This document shows, piece after piece, positions 38,469 through 48,413 of a stretch of DNA of 64,000 nucleotides. The translations under genes and the position numbers were made by a program. Origin of the DNA: Candidatus Aenigmatarchaeota archaeon (GTDB lineage: Archaea; Aenigmatarchaeota; Aenigmatarchaeia; QMZP01; QMZT01); the NCBI GenBank assembly GCA_026397315.1, contig JAPLVC010000002.1, forward strand, positions 1-64,000. The letters are read 5' to 3'. A model generated the notes under the pieces. The model was given only the letters and a program-made list of their open reading frames with translations, did no database searches and was not told the DNA's origin. How positions within the stretch are numbered: the first letter of the stretch is position 1; the number at the start of each line of letters is the position of its first letter.

Positions 38469-40481
38469 TCACACTTTCTGCACGTAGTTGGGGCTGGGCT
38501 CGAAAAGCAGGCCCTCGCGCTTGAGCTTGTCTATTATCTCGTCGACCTCGTCATCATTTTCGATGCCCTCGTTCCTGGCGAGCCTGTGAATCTCGGCTAT
38601 GGGAACCTCTTTCGACTTCTCGGAAAGCTGCCTGATTATGTCAAGGACCGTGCGTATTCTGGAGCGGTCGCTCGACGTCGTCGAAGCGCCTTCGGCCTTG
38701 TCTATATCGATCTCGCCGGTCTTCGTGTCAAGGCCGAGCTGCTCCAGCGAGAAGCGCATCAGGCGTATCGCGCGCAACGAGTCTTCTCTGCGGACTATGT
38801 CGCTGAGCTGGACCTTGGCCGAAGCCTCGGCAATACGGATGAGCGCCTCGAACTGACGGAGCGTTATGGACACCGTCCCGCTGCCGCCACCACGTTCTTC
38901 AGCGCGCTTTCTCATACTTATGTAGAATTTCCTGAGCGTTTTCCCGGCTTCCTGCGTCAATGTCGGGCTGCAGTTCTTCTTGCAGTAAGCGACGTACTTC
39001 CTGACGAAATCCGGCGCTATGATGGGCTTCGACGCCTCGTAATCATCTTCCCTCGACCTCAGGACGTGGTCGACTATCTTTTTGTCCATCTCGTTGTCCG
39101 GGACGTCGCGCAGCGCGAACTTCAGGTCGAAACGTGTCAGCAGCGTGTCGGAAATCGTAATCTGTTTGGCTATGGGCATGTAAGGGTCGAACCTCGAGAA
39201 CTTCGGATTGCCGCCTGCAAGGACAGACGTCTGCGCCGGTAGCGTGGCGACTATCGACGCCTTCGCTATCGATATCGTGCCCTGCTCGAGCGCCTCGTGC
39301 ATGGCAACTTGGTCCTCCTGGGACATCTTCTCGAACTCGTCTATCGCGAGCAAGCCGCCGTTCGTCAGGACCAGCGCTCCGGCCTCGAGAACCCAGCCGC
39401 CCATGAACTGTTCGTCTTTGACGACGGTCGCCGTAAGACCTGCGCCGGTCACTCCCTTGCCCGAAACGTATTTGCCTCTCGGCACGATTTTTGGCGCCAG
39501 CTTCAGCAGCTGTGATTTACCTGAAGACGGGTCGCCTATCAGCAGGAGGTGTATGTCTCCCCTGAAATGCATGCCGTCTTTCATCGTGCGCGCCATGCCT
39601 CCGAACATCTGCAGAATTATCGATTCCTTTATTTCCCTGAGGCCGTAAAGCGACGGCGCCATCGAGTCGATGAGCTTTTCGTATATGAGCGGGTCCTTTG
39701 ACATTTCCTTTATTTTGTCCTCATCGGCTTTGCTTATCTCCAGGTGGCGCCAGCCCAGCTCTGTCGGCTCTATGTGGTTAGAGTCGAGATAGAAATCCAG
39801 CTTCACCGAAGACTTGCCTTTCGGCACCTCGCGAAGCACGCCTGTCATTCTAAGGCGGTTTCCGGGATCGGTTATGCGACGACCTTCCGGCGATACTAAG
39901 TCTTCTGTCAGGAATATGTTCAGCTGCGACGGGCGCTCGCCTTCCGTAAGCTCGAACGGCTCGTCGACCGTGACCCATCGCGTGTCAATCATCTTCTTGT
40001 CGGCTTCCTGGAAGCCCTGCTTGTTCCTGCACTTGGGGCAGGTGTAAGGTTCAGAAACGAAGTTCGCTTTTCTTGGCTGGGAAATGAGCGCGCCGCAGTC
40101 GGGGCACTTCCATATCGTTTCCGTGACTTCCGGGCGTATCTCACTGGCCCGCCTGACCAGGCCTTCTATGCATATGAACTTGCCTATGTGTCTCGAGCGC
40201 AGGTCGCGTATGTTGACGAGCTCCATGCCACGGAAGCGGATCTTGACTTTGTTGGGCAGGTCTTTCTGCTCTATCGCCTCCTGGCATATCTCCAGGAAGT
40301 CGTCCGGTTTCTTGGAAAGCATGTCAGTAAGGTCGGGACTGAACTTGTCGAGCTTCTCCATTTCCAGTACCAGCGGCAGTCCTTCATTCGCAGCCTTGGC
40401 CAGCTCTTTGCTGTATACCTTCTCCAGAAATTCGCTGAACTTCCCCACCATCTCTTCTTTAGGCATCCTTGTCTTCGTCAT
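38469..40481 (-). CDS. mcm: Replicative helicase MCM
   Basis: CPDC/CPKC Zn finger, RGDIHLLLIGDPSSGKSQLL, IDEFEKM, HEALEQ, SIAKA, RFDL, C-terminal WH; no intein. Confidence 0.97.
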   Translation of the reverse strand: MTKTRMPKEEMVGKFSEFLEKVYSKELAKAANEGLPLVLEMEKLDKFSPDLTDMLSKKPDDFLEICQEAIEQKDLPNKVKIRFRGMELVNIRDLRSRHIGKFICIEGLVRRASEIRPEVTETIWKCPDCGALISQPRKANFVSEPYTCPKCRNKQGFQEADKKMIDTRWVTVDEPFELTEGERPSQLNIFLTEDLVSPEGRRITDPGNRLRMTGVLREVPKGKSSVKLDFYLDSNHIEPTELGWRHLEISKADEDKIKEMSKDPLIYEKLIDSMAPSLYGLREIKESIILQMFGGMARTMKDGMHFRGDIHLLLIGDPSSGKSQLLKLAPKIVPRGKYVSGKGVTGAGLTATVVKDEQFMGGWVLEAGALVLTNGGLLAIDEFEKMSQEDQVAMHEALEQGTISIAKASIVATLPAQTSVLAGGNPKFSRFDPYMPIAKQITISDTLLTRFDLKFALRDVPDNEMDKKIVDHVLRSREDDYEASKPIIAPDFVRKYVAYCKKNCSPTLTQEAGKTLRKFYISMRKRAEERGGGSGTVSITLRQFEALIRIAEASAKVQLSDIVRREDSLRAIRLMRFSLEQLGLDTKTGEIDIDKAEGASTTSSDRSRIRTVLDIIRQLSEKSKEVPIAEIHRLARNEGIENDDEVDEIIDKLKREGLLFEPSPNYVQKV

Positions 40482-40564
40482 GGCATCCCCTGAACCCTGC
40501 GCGGTAAATAAAAAAATCATTTCTAGGCTTAAAAAAGGTTATTGCGCCGGGATTCTGCATGTTC

Positions 40565-41524
40565 TCAGTATTTGAGGCCGAGCCTCGCGCTCAGCTTCTC
40601 GAGCATGTCCTGGGTCATTTTCTTCAGGTCATATGTGTGTTTCCAACCCCAGTCCTTCCTGGCACGCGAGTCGTCTATCGATCTTGGCCAGGAATCCGCA
40701 ATCGCCTGCCTGAAGTCGGGCTCGTAAGTGCACTCGAACGCGTGGATGTGTTTCTTTATCTCGGCCGCTACCTCTTTCGGAGAGAAGCTGACCGCGGCCA
40801 GGTTGTAGCTGGTGCGGATTTTTATCGACGCCGGATCGGATTCCATCAGGTCGACGGTCGCCTTTATCGCGTCGGACATGTACATCATGGGAAGAGTCGA
40901 ATCGTCGCGCAGGTAGCACTTGTATTTCTGGTGCTTCAGCGCCTCGTAGAATATCTCGACCGCGTAGTCGGTCGTCCCGCCGCCCGGCAGCGCGTTGTTG
41001 CTTATGATGCCGGGATAGCGGAGGCTTCGCACGTCGACGCCGTATTTCTTGTGATAATAATTGCACATCAGCTCGCCGGCGACTTTCGTGACGCCGTACA
41101 TCGTGTTCGGCTCAAGCACGGTGTCCTGGGGCGTGTTGTCTCTGGGAGTGGTCGGGCCGAACGCCGCTATCGAGCTGGGCCAGAATATCCTTTTTATGCC
41201 GTGCTCTCTCGCCAGGTCCAGCATTATCTTCAGGCCGCCCATGTTGACGTTCCACGCGAGGTCGGGGTTCTTTTCCCCGGTCGCGGAAAGCAGAGAAACG
41301 AGATGGTAGACCGTGTCAATCCCGTATTTGTTAATTATCTCGGCCATCGCCTCTTTGTTGGTCGCGTCGGCTATCTCGAAAGGCCCGGCGTTTATGAACG
41401 CCTCGTCGGGCATCTTTCTGTGGCCGATGGCTATGACATTCGAGTTGCCGTGCTTTCTCCTCAGCTCAGGCACTAGGCTCATGCCTATTTGGCCCGTCGC
41501 CCCAGTCACAAGAATTCTGGTCAT
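40565..41524 (-). CDS. tdh: L-threonine 3-dehydrogenase (SDR/epimerase type)
   Basis: GATGQIG, LLSATGEKNP, PSSIA.FG, YGVTK, RYPG, PGGGTTDYAV, LPMMYM, RQAIADSWP; next to kbl. Confidence 0.9.
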   Translation of the reverse strand: MTRILVTGATGQIGMSLVPELRRKHGNSNVIAIGHRKMPDEAFINAGPFEIADATNKEAMAEIINKYGIDTVYHLVSLLSATGEKNPDLAWNVNMGGLKIMLDLAREHGIKRIFWPSSIAAFGPTTPRDNTPQDTVLEPNTMYGVTKVAGELMCNYYHKKYGVDVRSLRYPGIISNNALPGGGTTDYAVEIFYEALKHQKYKCYLRDDSTLPMMYMSDAIKATVDLMESDPASIKIRTSYNLAAVSFSPKEVAAEIKKHIHAFECTYEPDFRQAIADSWPRSIDDSRARKDWGWKHTYDLKKMTQDMLEKLSARLGLKY

Positions 41525-41571
41525 AGCATCCACCCCTCGAAATTTCGTTCATTGTAATGTTAAAGGTATTA

Positions 41572-41691
41572 TGGGCCGGGCAGGAATCGAACCTGCGGCC
41601 TTCGCGTTGTAAGCGCGACGTCATCTGCGGAACTTTTCCGTAAACGCTTTTGCGCGCACGCAAAAGGGTTTAACCGCTAGACTACCGGCCC
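41572..41691 (-). tRNA. tRNA-Val(TAC) with 47-nt D-loop intron (41625-41671)
   Basis: Acceptor GGGCCGG/CCGGCCC-A, anticodon arm TCGCG CT TAC AA CGCGA, T loop TTCGATT; BHB helix GCGG/CCGC with TTA and AGA bulges; 73 nt after splicing. Confidence 0.93.
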
Positions 41692-41715
41692 GATAAAACC
41701 AATATTATATTCAAT

Positions 41716-42903
41716 TTATATAAGTTTCATCTCTTTGCCTACTTTTTTGTAGACGTCGAGAGCGAACTGCAGGTCCTCCGTCGTGTGTTCAGCGGTCACG
41801 ATGTTCCTTATGCGCGCGGCGTCTTTAGCGACCAGCGGGAAGACTATCGGCTTGGCGAAAATGCCGTGCTCGAAAAGCGTCCTGCTCAGTTTCTGCGCGG
41901 TCGCGCTTTCGCCTACGATAACCGGTGTTATGGGAGTCTGGCTGTGGCCGATGTTGAAACCGAGATCGCGCAATCCCTCCTTGAAGAACTTCGTGTTCTC
42001 CCATAAGCGTTTGAGATGCTGCGGCTCGTCCTGCACAATCTTCAGCGCTTCCATTATCGCTCCCGTGACGCATGGCGGGTGCGCCGTGGTGAAGATGAAT
42101 GAGCGCGATCTGTTAATCAGGTAGTCTCTCAGCTCTTGACGACCAGCGATATAGCCTCCTAAACAACCGAACGCCTTGGAAAGCGTGCCCATGTCGATGT
42201 CGACTCTGCCGTGAAGATTGAAGTGATCCACGATGCCGCGGCCGTCCTTGCCGAGCACACCATCGCCGTGCGCGTCGTCGACCATGGTTATGGCGTCGTA
42301 TTTCTCCGCAAGCTCGACTATCTGGTCCAGCGGAGCGATATCTCCATCCATGCTGAAGACGCCGTCAGTCACGACAAGCCGGCGTTTCGCGGACTGTGTC
42401 TCTTTCAGCGCCTTCTCAAGACCTTCCATATTCATGTGCGGGTAAATCTTCTTCTCCGACTTCGTCAGTCGCACGCCATCGATTATGCTGCCGTGGTTCA
42501 GTTCATCGCTTATTATCGCGTCGCCCTCGCCCATGAGGACCTGTATCGTCCCGCGGTTCGCCGCGATGCCGGCGACGAAGATAAGCGACGCTTCAGTATG
42601 TTTGTATTTGGCGAGCATCTCTTCGGCCTCGTTGTGTATCTCCATGGTCCCGGCTATCTGGCGGACCGCTCCTGTTCCGAAGCCCCACTTGTCCATCGCT
42701 TTCTTCGCAGCCGCGGCGAGCCTCGGGTGGTTGGCGAAGCCGAGGTAGTTGTTCGTCGAAAGCGTAATCACTTTCTTGCCGTTGAGAGTGACGTGCGCGC
42801 CCTGCGGGCTGGTAAGCACCGGCAGCGTGGTGAAAAGATTCTCGCTTTTCAGTTTCTCCACTTCCTCCTTTAGAAAATGCAACCTGTTCTTATGGTCTGT
42901 CAT
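41716..42903 (-). CDS. kbl: Glycine C-acetyltransferase (2-amino-3-ketobutyrate CoA ligase)
   Basis: NNYLG.A, AVR.I.GT, SDELNH.SIIDG.RL, TDGVFSMDGD, DDAHG, GTLSKA, ARIR; GGAGGTG SD. Confidence 0.92.
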   Translation of the reverse strand: MTDHKNRLHFLKEEVEKLKSENLFTTLPVLTSPQGAHVTLNGKKVITLSTNNYLGFANHPRLAAAAKKAMDKWGFGTGAVRQIAGTMEIHNEAEEMLAKYKHTEASLIFVAGIAANRGTIQVLMGEGDAIISDELNHGSIIDGVRLTKSEKKIYPHMNMEGLEKALKETQSAKRRLVVTDGVFSMDGDIAPLDQIVELAEKYDAITMVDDAHGDGVLGKDGRGIVDHFNLHGRVDIDMGTLSKAFGCLGGYIAGRQELRDYLINRSRSFIFTTAHPPCVTGAIMEALKIVQDEPQHLKRLWENTKFFKEGLRDLGFNIGHSQTPITPVIVGESATAQKLSRTLFEHGIFAKPIVFPLVAKDAARIRNIVTAEHTTEDLQFALDVYKKVGKEMKLI

Positions 42904-43096
42904 CAAAACACCTCCGTAAACCTGAGAATAATAATTTCATTCATGGTATTAAAAAGGTGACGCTCCATTCGCTAGCGCCGCAAAAAATGTCAGCATCGAT
43001 AAATTTGCATATATTTTACGGTTGTAAAACGTCTGATTATTTAAACGTGCTTCAACATAAATATAATTATAAGAAAAATTTTAAAATCGCGGTAAC

Positions 43097-44386
43097 ATGG
43101 AAAGGAAAAAATTTCTTTTTGTCTCGATAGACGCGCTCATAGGCGACATAGCTTGGCAGGTTGTCAAGGAAGGCCACGAGGCTAAATATTTCATCGAAAC
43201 GCCCAGCGAAAAAGAGATTGCGGACGGCTTCGTGCCGAAATGCAACGACTGGAAAAAAGAGGTGGACTGGGCGGACGTCATAGTTTTCGACGACGTGCTC
43301 GGCCAGGGGACGCACGCCCAGAAGCTCAGGCAGGAAGGCAAGCTCGTCGTCGGAGGAACGCCTTACACAGACATGCTCGAGGACGACCGCGGCTTCGGCC
43401 AGGAAGAACTCAAGAAGGCGGGCGTCACTACGATTCCCAGCTGGAACTTCACTTCTTTCGACGATGCCATAGCCTTCGTCCAGGAGCATCCCGGTAAATA
43501 CGTCATCAAGCCGAGCGGCGAGGCGCAGAACATCAAGCAGCTGCTGTTCGTCGGCGAAGAGGACGATGGCAGGGACGTCATCCAGGTCCTTGAGCACTAC
43601 AAGAAAGCGTGGTCCGACCGCATCAAGGTCTTCCAGCTCCAGCGCAAGATCTCGGGCGTCGAAGTCGCAGTAGGCGCTTTCTTCAACGGCAGGGAATTCA
43701 TCTACCCGATAAACGTCAATTTCGAGCACAAGAAGCTTTTTCCGGGTAACATCGGACCGAGCACGGGCGAGATGGGCACGACCATGTTCTGGTCCATGCC
43801 CAACAAGATTTTCAACGCCACCCTCAAGAAGATGGAGCCGAAGCTCAAGGAGGAAGGGTATGTCGGCTACATAGACATCAACTGCATAGTCAACAGCTAC
43901 GGCATATATCCACTCGAGTTCACTTCGAGATTCGGCTACCCGACCATAAGCATACAACAGGAGTCGATGATAACACCCATAGGTCAGTTCCTGCACGAGA
44001 TAGCCAAGGGCAACGGCACCAAGTTCAAGGTGAGGAGCGGCTTCCAGGCCGGCGTGCGCGTCGTGACCTCGCCGTTCCCGTTCACGGACACGGAGACTTT
44101 CGAGACGAATTCCAAGGACGCGGTCGTGGTCCTGAAGAAGCCCAACATGGAAGGCATACACATCGAGGACGTCAAGCTGGTGAACGGCGAGTGGCTAATC
44201 TCCGGACATTCCGGAGTCGTGCTGATAGTCGTGGGCATGGGCTCTACCATGAGGCAGGCCCAGAACCAGGTCTACAACAGGATAAGCAACATACTCATAC
44301 CCAACATGTATTACAGGACGGACATCGGCGACCGATGGGTCGAGGACAGCGACAAGCTGCACGCATGGAGCTACCTCAGGGAGTAA
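43097..44386 (+). CDS. PurD-like ATP-grasp ligase (phosphoribosylamine-glycine ligase homologue)
   Basis: LE.DR.FG, YVIKP.G, G.EVAV, EHKK...G..GP.TGEMG, LEFT.RFGYP, YYR.DIG. Confidence 0.8.
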   Translation: MERKKFLFVSIDALIGDIAWQVVKEGHEAKYFIETPSEKEIADGFVPKCNDWKKEVDWADVIVFDDVLGQGTHAQKLRQEGKLVVGGTPYTDMLEDDRGFGQEELKKAGVTTIPSWNFTSFDDAIAFVQEHPGKYVIKPSGEAQNIKQLLFVGEEDDGRDVIQVLEHYKKAWSDRIKVFQLQRKISGVEVAVGAFFNGREFIYPINVNFEHKKLFPGNIGPSTGEMGTTMFWSMPNKIFNATLKKMEPKLKEEGYVGYIDINCIVNSYGIYPLEFTSRFGYPTISIQQESMITPIGQFLHEIAKGNGTKFKVRSGFQAGVRVVTSPFPFTDTETFETNSKDAVVVLKKPNMEGIHIEDVKLVNGEWLISGHSGVVLIVVGMGSTMRQAQNQVYNRISNILIPNMYYRTDIGDRWVEDSDKLHAWSYLRE

Positions 44387-44412
44387 CCAGAGCAGCTTTT
44401 CGAAAAATATTT

Positions 44413-45003
44413 TTATTCTTTGTATTCCAGCCCGAACCTGAAAGCCTTTATGTCTTTTTCAGGGTCTTTGGGCACGGTTCTCTTTATGGCCTCGATTATA
44501 GATTCCTTCTTCAGCGGCAGCATGCCGCTAGCGACGGCGAGCCCGAGCATCATCGTGTTGCCGTCGAGCGGGTCGCCGAGCTTCTGGTCGCATATGTGCG
44601 ACGCGTCGATGAAGACGAAGTTCTTGGCGAAAGGCGAAATCATCTGTTTTATTTTTTCGTAGGTCGGGTATTCCTTGTCGAAGAGATTCGCGTAGACGGG
44701 CTTGACCGGGTAGGTGTCGACGATGAAGTTCGTCCTGTCCTTGTGCGCGAAGTAGCAGAATCTCGCCGCCTCGAGCGGCTCCAGGGCGAATATCAGGTCG
44801 GCCTGCGCCCTCGGGATGAGCGGCGAATCGACGGCCTTGCCGAACCTCACGTGAGTCGGAATCGCTCCTCCGCGCTGCGCCAGGCCGTGCAGCTGCGTGC
44901 CACGAACATCGAAGCCCTCGAAGTTAGCGGCCCTGGCCACGATTACCGAAGTGAACAATACTCCTTCGCCTCCGACGCCTGCTATGAGAACATTATACGT
45001 CAT
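44413..45003 (-). CDS. iorB: Indolepyruvate:ferredoxin oxidoreductase beta subunit
   Basis: AGVGGEG, HGLAQRGG...HVRFG, LEPLEA.R, N.MMLG. Confidence 0.9.
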   Translation of the reverse strand: MTYNVLIAGVGGEGVLFTSVIVARAANFEGFDVRGTQLHGLAQRGGAIPTHVRFGKAVDSPLIPRAQADLIFALEPLEAARFCYFAHKDRTNFIVDTYPVKPVYANLFDKEYPTYEKIKQMISPFAKNFVFIDASHICDQKLGDPLDGNTMMLGLAVASGMLPLKKESIIEAIKRTVPKDPEKDIKAFRFGLEYKE

Positions 45004-46864
45004 TCTTTTTCCTCCTGGCAGCCGGGATTATCGCCCCGACCGGACAGACCTGCGCGCAGACGCCGCAGCCCCAGCAAAGGTCCTCGCGTATGTATACTTT
45101 ATCGCCCTCGTGCATGATGGCAGGGCACGCGAACTGCTTGACGCACGTCAGGCATTTCTTACACTTGCCCGGCGCGACCTGGAACTTCGAGAACTCGCCG
45201 CCCTGCTTCCTTAACAGGCGGCGCATGTAAAGCCTGCAGAGCCCGCGGGATATTATGACGCCCAGCTTGTCGGATGCAGACATCTCCTTTATCGCGGCCT
45301 GCAATTCCTTCTGGCTGAACGCGTTGACGATCTTGATGTTGGCGATGCCGAATGACCTGACGACGTCCTCGATTTTTATCGGCTCCTTTTTGTCGCCCAT
45401 GCCGGTGAAATCGCTTCCCGGATGGGGCTGGTGGCCGGTCATCGCAGTCACGCCGTTGTCGAGGATGACTATGATGGGCTTGGTGCCGTGGGCGACCGAG
45501 TTCACTAGCGGCGGCATGCCTGCGTGGAAGAATGTCGAGTCGCCGATGAAGACGACGACTTTCTGGTCGCTCACCTTCTGGATGCCGTGCGCCAGGCCGA
45601 TGCTCGAGCCCATTGAAACTATGAAGTCCTCCATCTTGTACGGCTCCTGTATGCCTAGGACGTAACATCCGATGTCGCCAGACCATACGGTCTGGTCACC
45701 CATCACTTTCTTTACTGCGTAGAAGGTCGACCTGTGCGGGCAGCCGGGGCAAAGCACCGCTTTCCTCGCTGGCAGGTCTATTTTCTTAAGATAAGCTTCG
45801 TGCATCGAGAAGTCGGGCTTCTTCGCCTTGAGGAACGGAGCTAGTGCCGATTGTATCGTCTCGGGATTGTATTCGCCGATGCGGGACAGAATGTCTTTGC
45901 CGTGTATCTCCGTGCGCGGGTTCACGTCCTTCGCGAGCGCGCGCACGAACTGCTCGACTACTGGTTCGAGTTCTTCGAGAACGAACACCCTATCGAGACC
46001 TTTCAGAAACTTGGTGACGAAGCTTCTGGAAATCGGGTACGTCATGACGAGCTTCGCTATCTTCACCCCTTTCAGGCCGTTGAGGTCTTTCTTTACTTCT
46101 TTCAGATACTGGTAGGAAACTCCGCTAGTTATTATGCCAATCTTCCCTTCGCCTTCAATCCTGTTGAGATAATCATAAGCCAGTTCTATCGTGTCTATCT
46201 TCTTGTTGAGGCGTTCGTGGAGTTGCTGCAGCGCCGGCGGCAAACAGTAGAAGCTTTCAGGGTCCTTGACGAAATTACCTTTGGTTTTCGGCTGCGGAAT
46301 TTTGCCGAGCTTGACCGTTCCAATAGAATGCGAGACCATCGTAGTCGTCCTCAGCATGACGGGAATCCTGTGCTTCTCGGAAATCTCGAAAGCAAGTTTC
46401 GTTAAATCCTTGCATTCCTGCGCGTTCGTTGGCTCGAGCGTCGGGATGAGGCCCATCCTTGCATAGAAGCGCGTGTCCTGCTCGGACTGCGCGGAACTGT
46501 GACCCAGCGGGTCGTCGGAGACCATTATGACCAGACCGCCTTTAACGCCCGTGTAAATAGTCGGCATCACAGAATCAATCGCGACATTGAGACCGAAGTG
46601 CTTCATCGCCGTGAGCGCGCGCACGCCGGAAAACGCGGCTCCGGCCGCGACTTCGTAAGCGACTTTCTCGTTCGTGCTCCACTCGAAATAGAATCCTGCT
46701 TGTTTGGCAATGGCAGAAAGCGCGATGCCGACTTCGGAGCTGGGCGTTCCCGGGTAGCATGCGGACAATCCCATGCCCGCCTCTATAGCGCCACGGGCGA
46801 TTGCTTCATTCCCCAGAAGAACGACCTTCTTCCCTTCCTTTTCCATCAAGTCCGGGTTCGCCAT
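44993..46864 (-). CDS. iorA: Indolepyruvate:ferredoxin oxidoreductase alpha subunit
   Basis: LLGNEAIARGA.EAG, YPGTPSSE, EWSTNEKVA, SAQSEQD.R, LCPGCPHR, DIGCY, GDSTFFH, C-terminal ferredoxin. Confidence 0.95.
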   Translation of the reverse strand: MANPDLMEKEGKKVVLLGNEAIARGAIEAGMGLSACYPGTPSSEVGIALSAIAKQAGFYFEWSTNEKVAYEVAAGAAFSGVRALTAMKHFGLNVAIDSVMPTIYTGVKGGLVIMVSDDPLGHSSAQSEQDTRFYARMGLIPTLEPTNAQECKDLTKLAFEISEKHRIPVMLRTTTMVSHSIGTVKLGKIPQPKTKGNFVKDPESFYCLPPALQQLHERLNKKIDTIELAYDYLNRIEGEGKIGIITSGVSYQYLKEVKKDLNGLKGVKIAKLVMTYPISRSFVTKFLKGLDRVFVLEELEPVVEQFVRALAKDVNPRTEIHGKDILSRIGEYNPETIQSALAPFLKAKKPDFSMHEAYLKKIDLPARKAVLCPGCPHRSTFYAVKKVMGDQTVWSGDIGCYVLGIQEPYKMEDFIVSMGSSIGLAHGIQKVSDQKVVVFIGDSTFFHAGMPPLVNSVAHGTKPIIVILDNGVTAMTGHQPHPGSDFTGMGDKKEPIKIEDVVRSFGIANIKIVNAFSQKELQAAIKEMSASDKLGVIISRGLCRLYMRRLLRKQGGEFSKFQVAPGKCKKCLTCVKQFACPAIMHEGDKVYIREDLCWGCGVCAQVCPVGAIIPAARRKKNDV

Positions 46865-47046
46865 ACAAACCGCCTAACCCCAAAACCAAAAGCCAGGAGC
46901 CACCCCAAGGCCCCAAACCCTCAGCAAGATTTCGATTATTATTGCTTTATGACTTTCGTGTCGAATCCTCGATAATCTCCGATATAATATATTGAACAGA
47001 ACCAGTTAAATATATTGTAAGTCTCGAATGTTCAAGAGGTGGTGTC

Positions 47047-47640
47047 ATGAAAAATCAAATCAAACATCAGGACAAACGGCAAAACAATGATTCCGATGAT
47101 TTTCTGAAAGTCATTCACGGCAGGAAAAGCGTGCGTAACTACACGGGCGCGCCTGTCAGCAATGACGACATCGAAGACCTTTTGCGCGCAGGCATGGCCG
47201 CGCCGAGCGCGGTCGACAGGCGGCCATGGTCTTTCATCGCCGTGACCGAGCGGGAGACGCTGGACAGACTATCGAAAGCGACGCCGTTCAGCGGCATGCT
47301 GAAGAAGGCCGGCGCTGCTGTAATCGTGTGCGGCATTCCCATGAAATCGCTGGTGAAGATGAAGCTCATCAACCTCGTCGCTGGCGTTTCGAACGATTAC
47401 TGGGTGCAGGACTGCTCGGCTGCCACAGAAAATATACTATTAGCAGCCGAGGCAAAGGGGCTTGGCGCGGTATGGATAGGCATACATCCCGTAGAAGCTA
47501 AAGTAGAAACTGTCAGGAAAATTCTCAACATCCCGGACAACGTCACGCCGCTGAACATCATATCAATCGGCCATCCGCTAGGGACGGAAAAACCGAAGAA
47601 CAAGTTCGACGAGAACAATATCCACTGGGAGCATTGGTAG
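47047..47640 (+). CDS. Nitroreductase family protein
   Basis: RKSVRNY, APSA..RRPW.F, QDCSAATENILLAA...GLG.VW.G. Confidence 0.92.
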   Translation: MKNQIKHQDKRQNNDSDDFLKVIHGRKSVRNYTGAPVSNDDIEDLLRAGMAAPSAVDRRPWSFIAVTERETLDRLSKATPFSGMLKKAGAAVIVCGIPMKSLVKMKLINLVAGVSNDYWVQDCSAATENILLAAEAKGLGAVWIGIHPVEAKVETVRKILNIPDNVTPLNIISIGHPLGTEKPKNKFDENNIHWEHW

Positions 47641-47644
47641 TGAT

Positions 47645-47778
47645 TCACGGTATTATCTCGCAGCCGTTGTATATGACGTGCTCGAAACGTGCGTTTCCTC
47701 CATGTCGTCCAGCGGCTTATGGTAACAGTATTCACACTTCCCGTTGCACGCGGTCGTAAGTATCACGTGATAGAACAT
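47645..47778 (-). pseudogene. Internally deleted radical SAM/SPASM gene remnant
   Basis: MFYHVILTTACNGKCEYCY (CxxxCxxC) followed after about 10 codons, in another frame, by RFEHVIYNGCEIIP*. Confidence 0.7.
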
Positions 47779-47814
47779 ATTCTGTGGGTGTTTCAATGAA
47801 ATAAAAATATATAT

Positions 47815-48282
47815 TCAGGCCGTTTCGGGTTGCTGTGAAAGTCGCCTTAATTCTTTCCTCGTTTTCCTCGCGTTCTTTACCACACGATCGGCTATCGGGC
47901 ACGGTGTCTCTCGCTGGTTGTTCTTCCATTCCAGCCTGTTGTATATCTCTTCTCCCGCTTCGTCCCGGATAATAAGAACAAAATCCCTGTTGTTTTCACT
48001 TTTGTCTTGCTGTGTATAGTCCCAGTGAACTATGTGGTAATGTGCCGCTCTTCCGCTCTCGTCGAGTTCCCCGATGTAGAAAAAATCCCTGGAAGGCTCG
48101 AACATCAGCGTGGCGGTTTCCGTCTTTAGTTTTCCGAGGTTGTTCCTGCTGACGGTTATTTTTTTGCCCACATACTTTTCCAGCATGTCTGAAGGATATA
48201 TTTTTCCAGCTTGTGACGCGGGCTCTTCTATATATCCATTCTTTCCGAAGATGCCTCTGAAAATCTTTAGTGGTTTATACAT
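47815..48282 (-). CDS. Hypothetical protein
   Basis: 155 aa ORF with TATA-like TTTAAATA upstream. Confidence 0.5.
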   Translation of the reverse strand: MYKPLKIFRGIFGKNGYIEEPASQAGKIYPSDMLEKYVGKKITVSRNNLGKLKTETATLMFEPSRDFFYIGELDESGRAAHYHIVHWDYTQQDKSENNRDFVLIIRDEAGEEIYNRLEWKNNQRETPCPIADRVVKNARKTRKELRRLSQQPETA

Positions 48283-48413
48283 CAATTAAAAGTTTTTTTC
48301 TATATTTAAATACCAAGCCTTTCCACAAATTGCACCAAATTTTATAGTGATTTTACGGATTTTTCAGAAAAATAACTAAATATTTATATATTTAAATAAA
48401 CAAATATGTTTAC

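Noticed and set aside
6778-40481. Inteins in NrdJ or MCM
   Set aside because: Lengths and motifs are continuous. The roughly 70 aa extra segment in NrdJ lacks intein C/S...HN termini.
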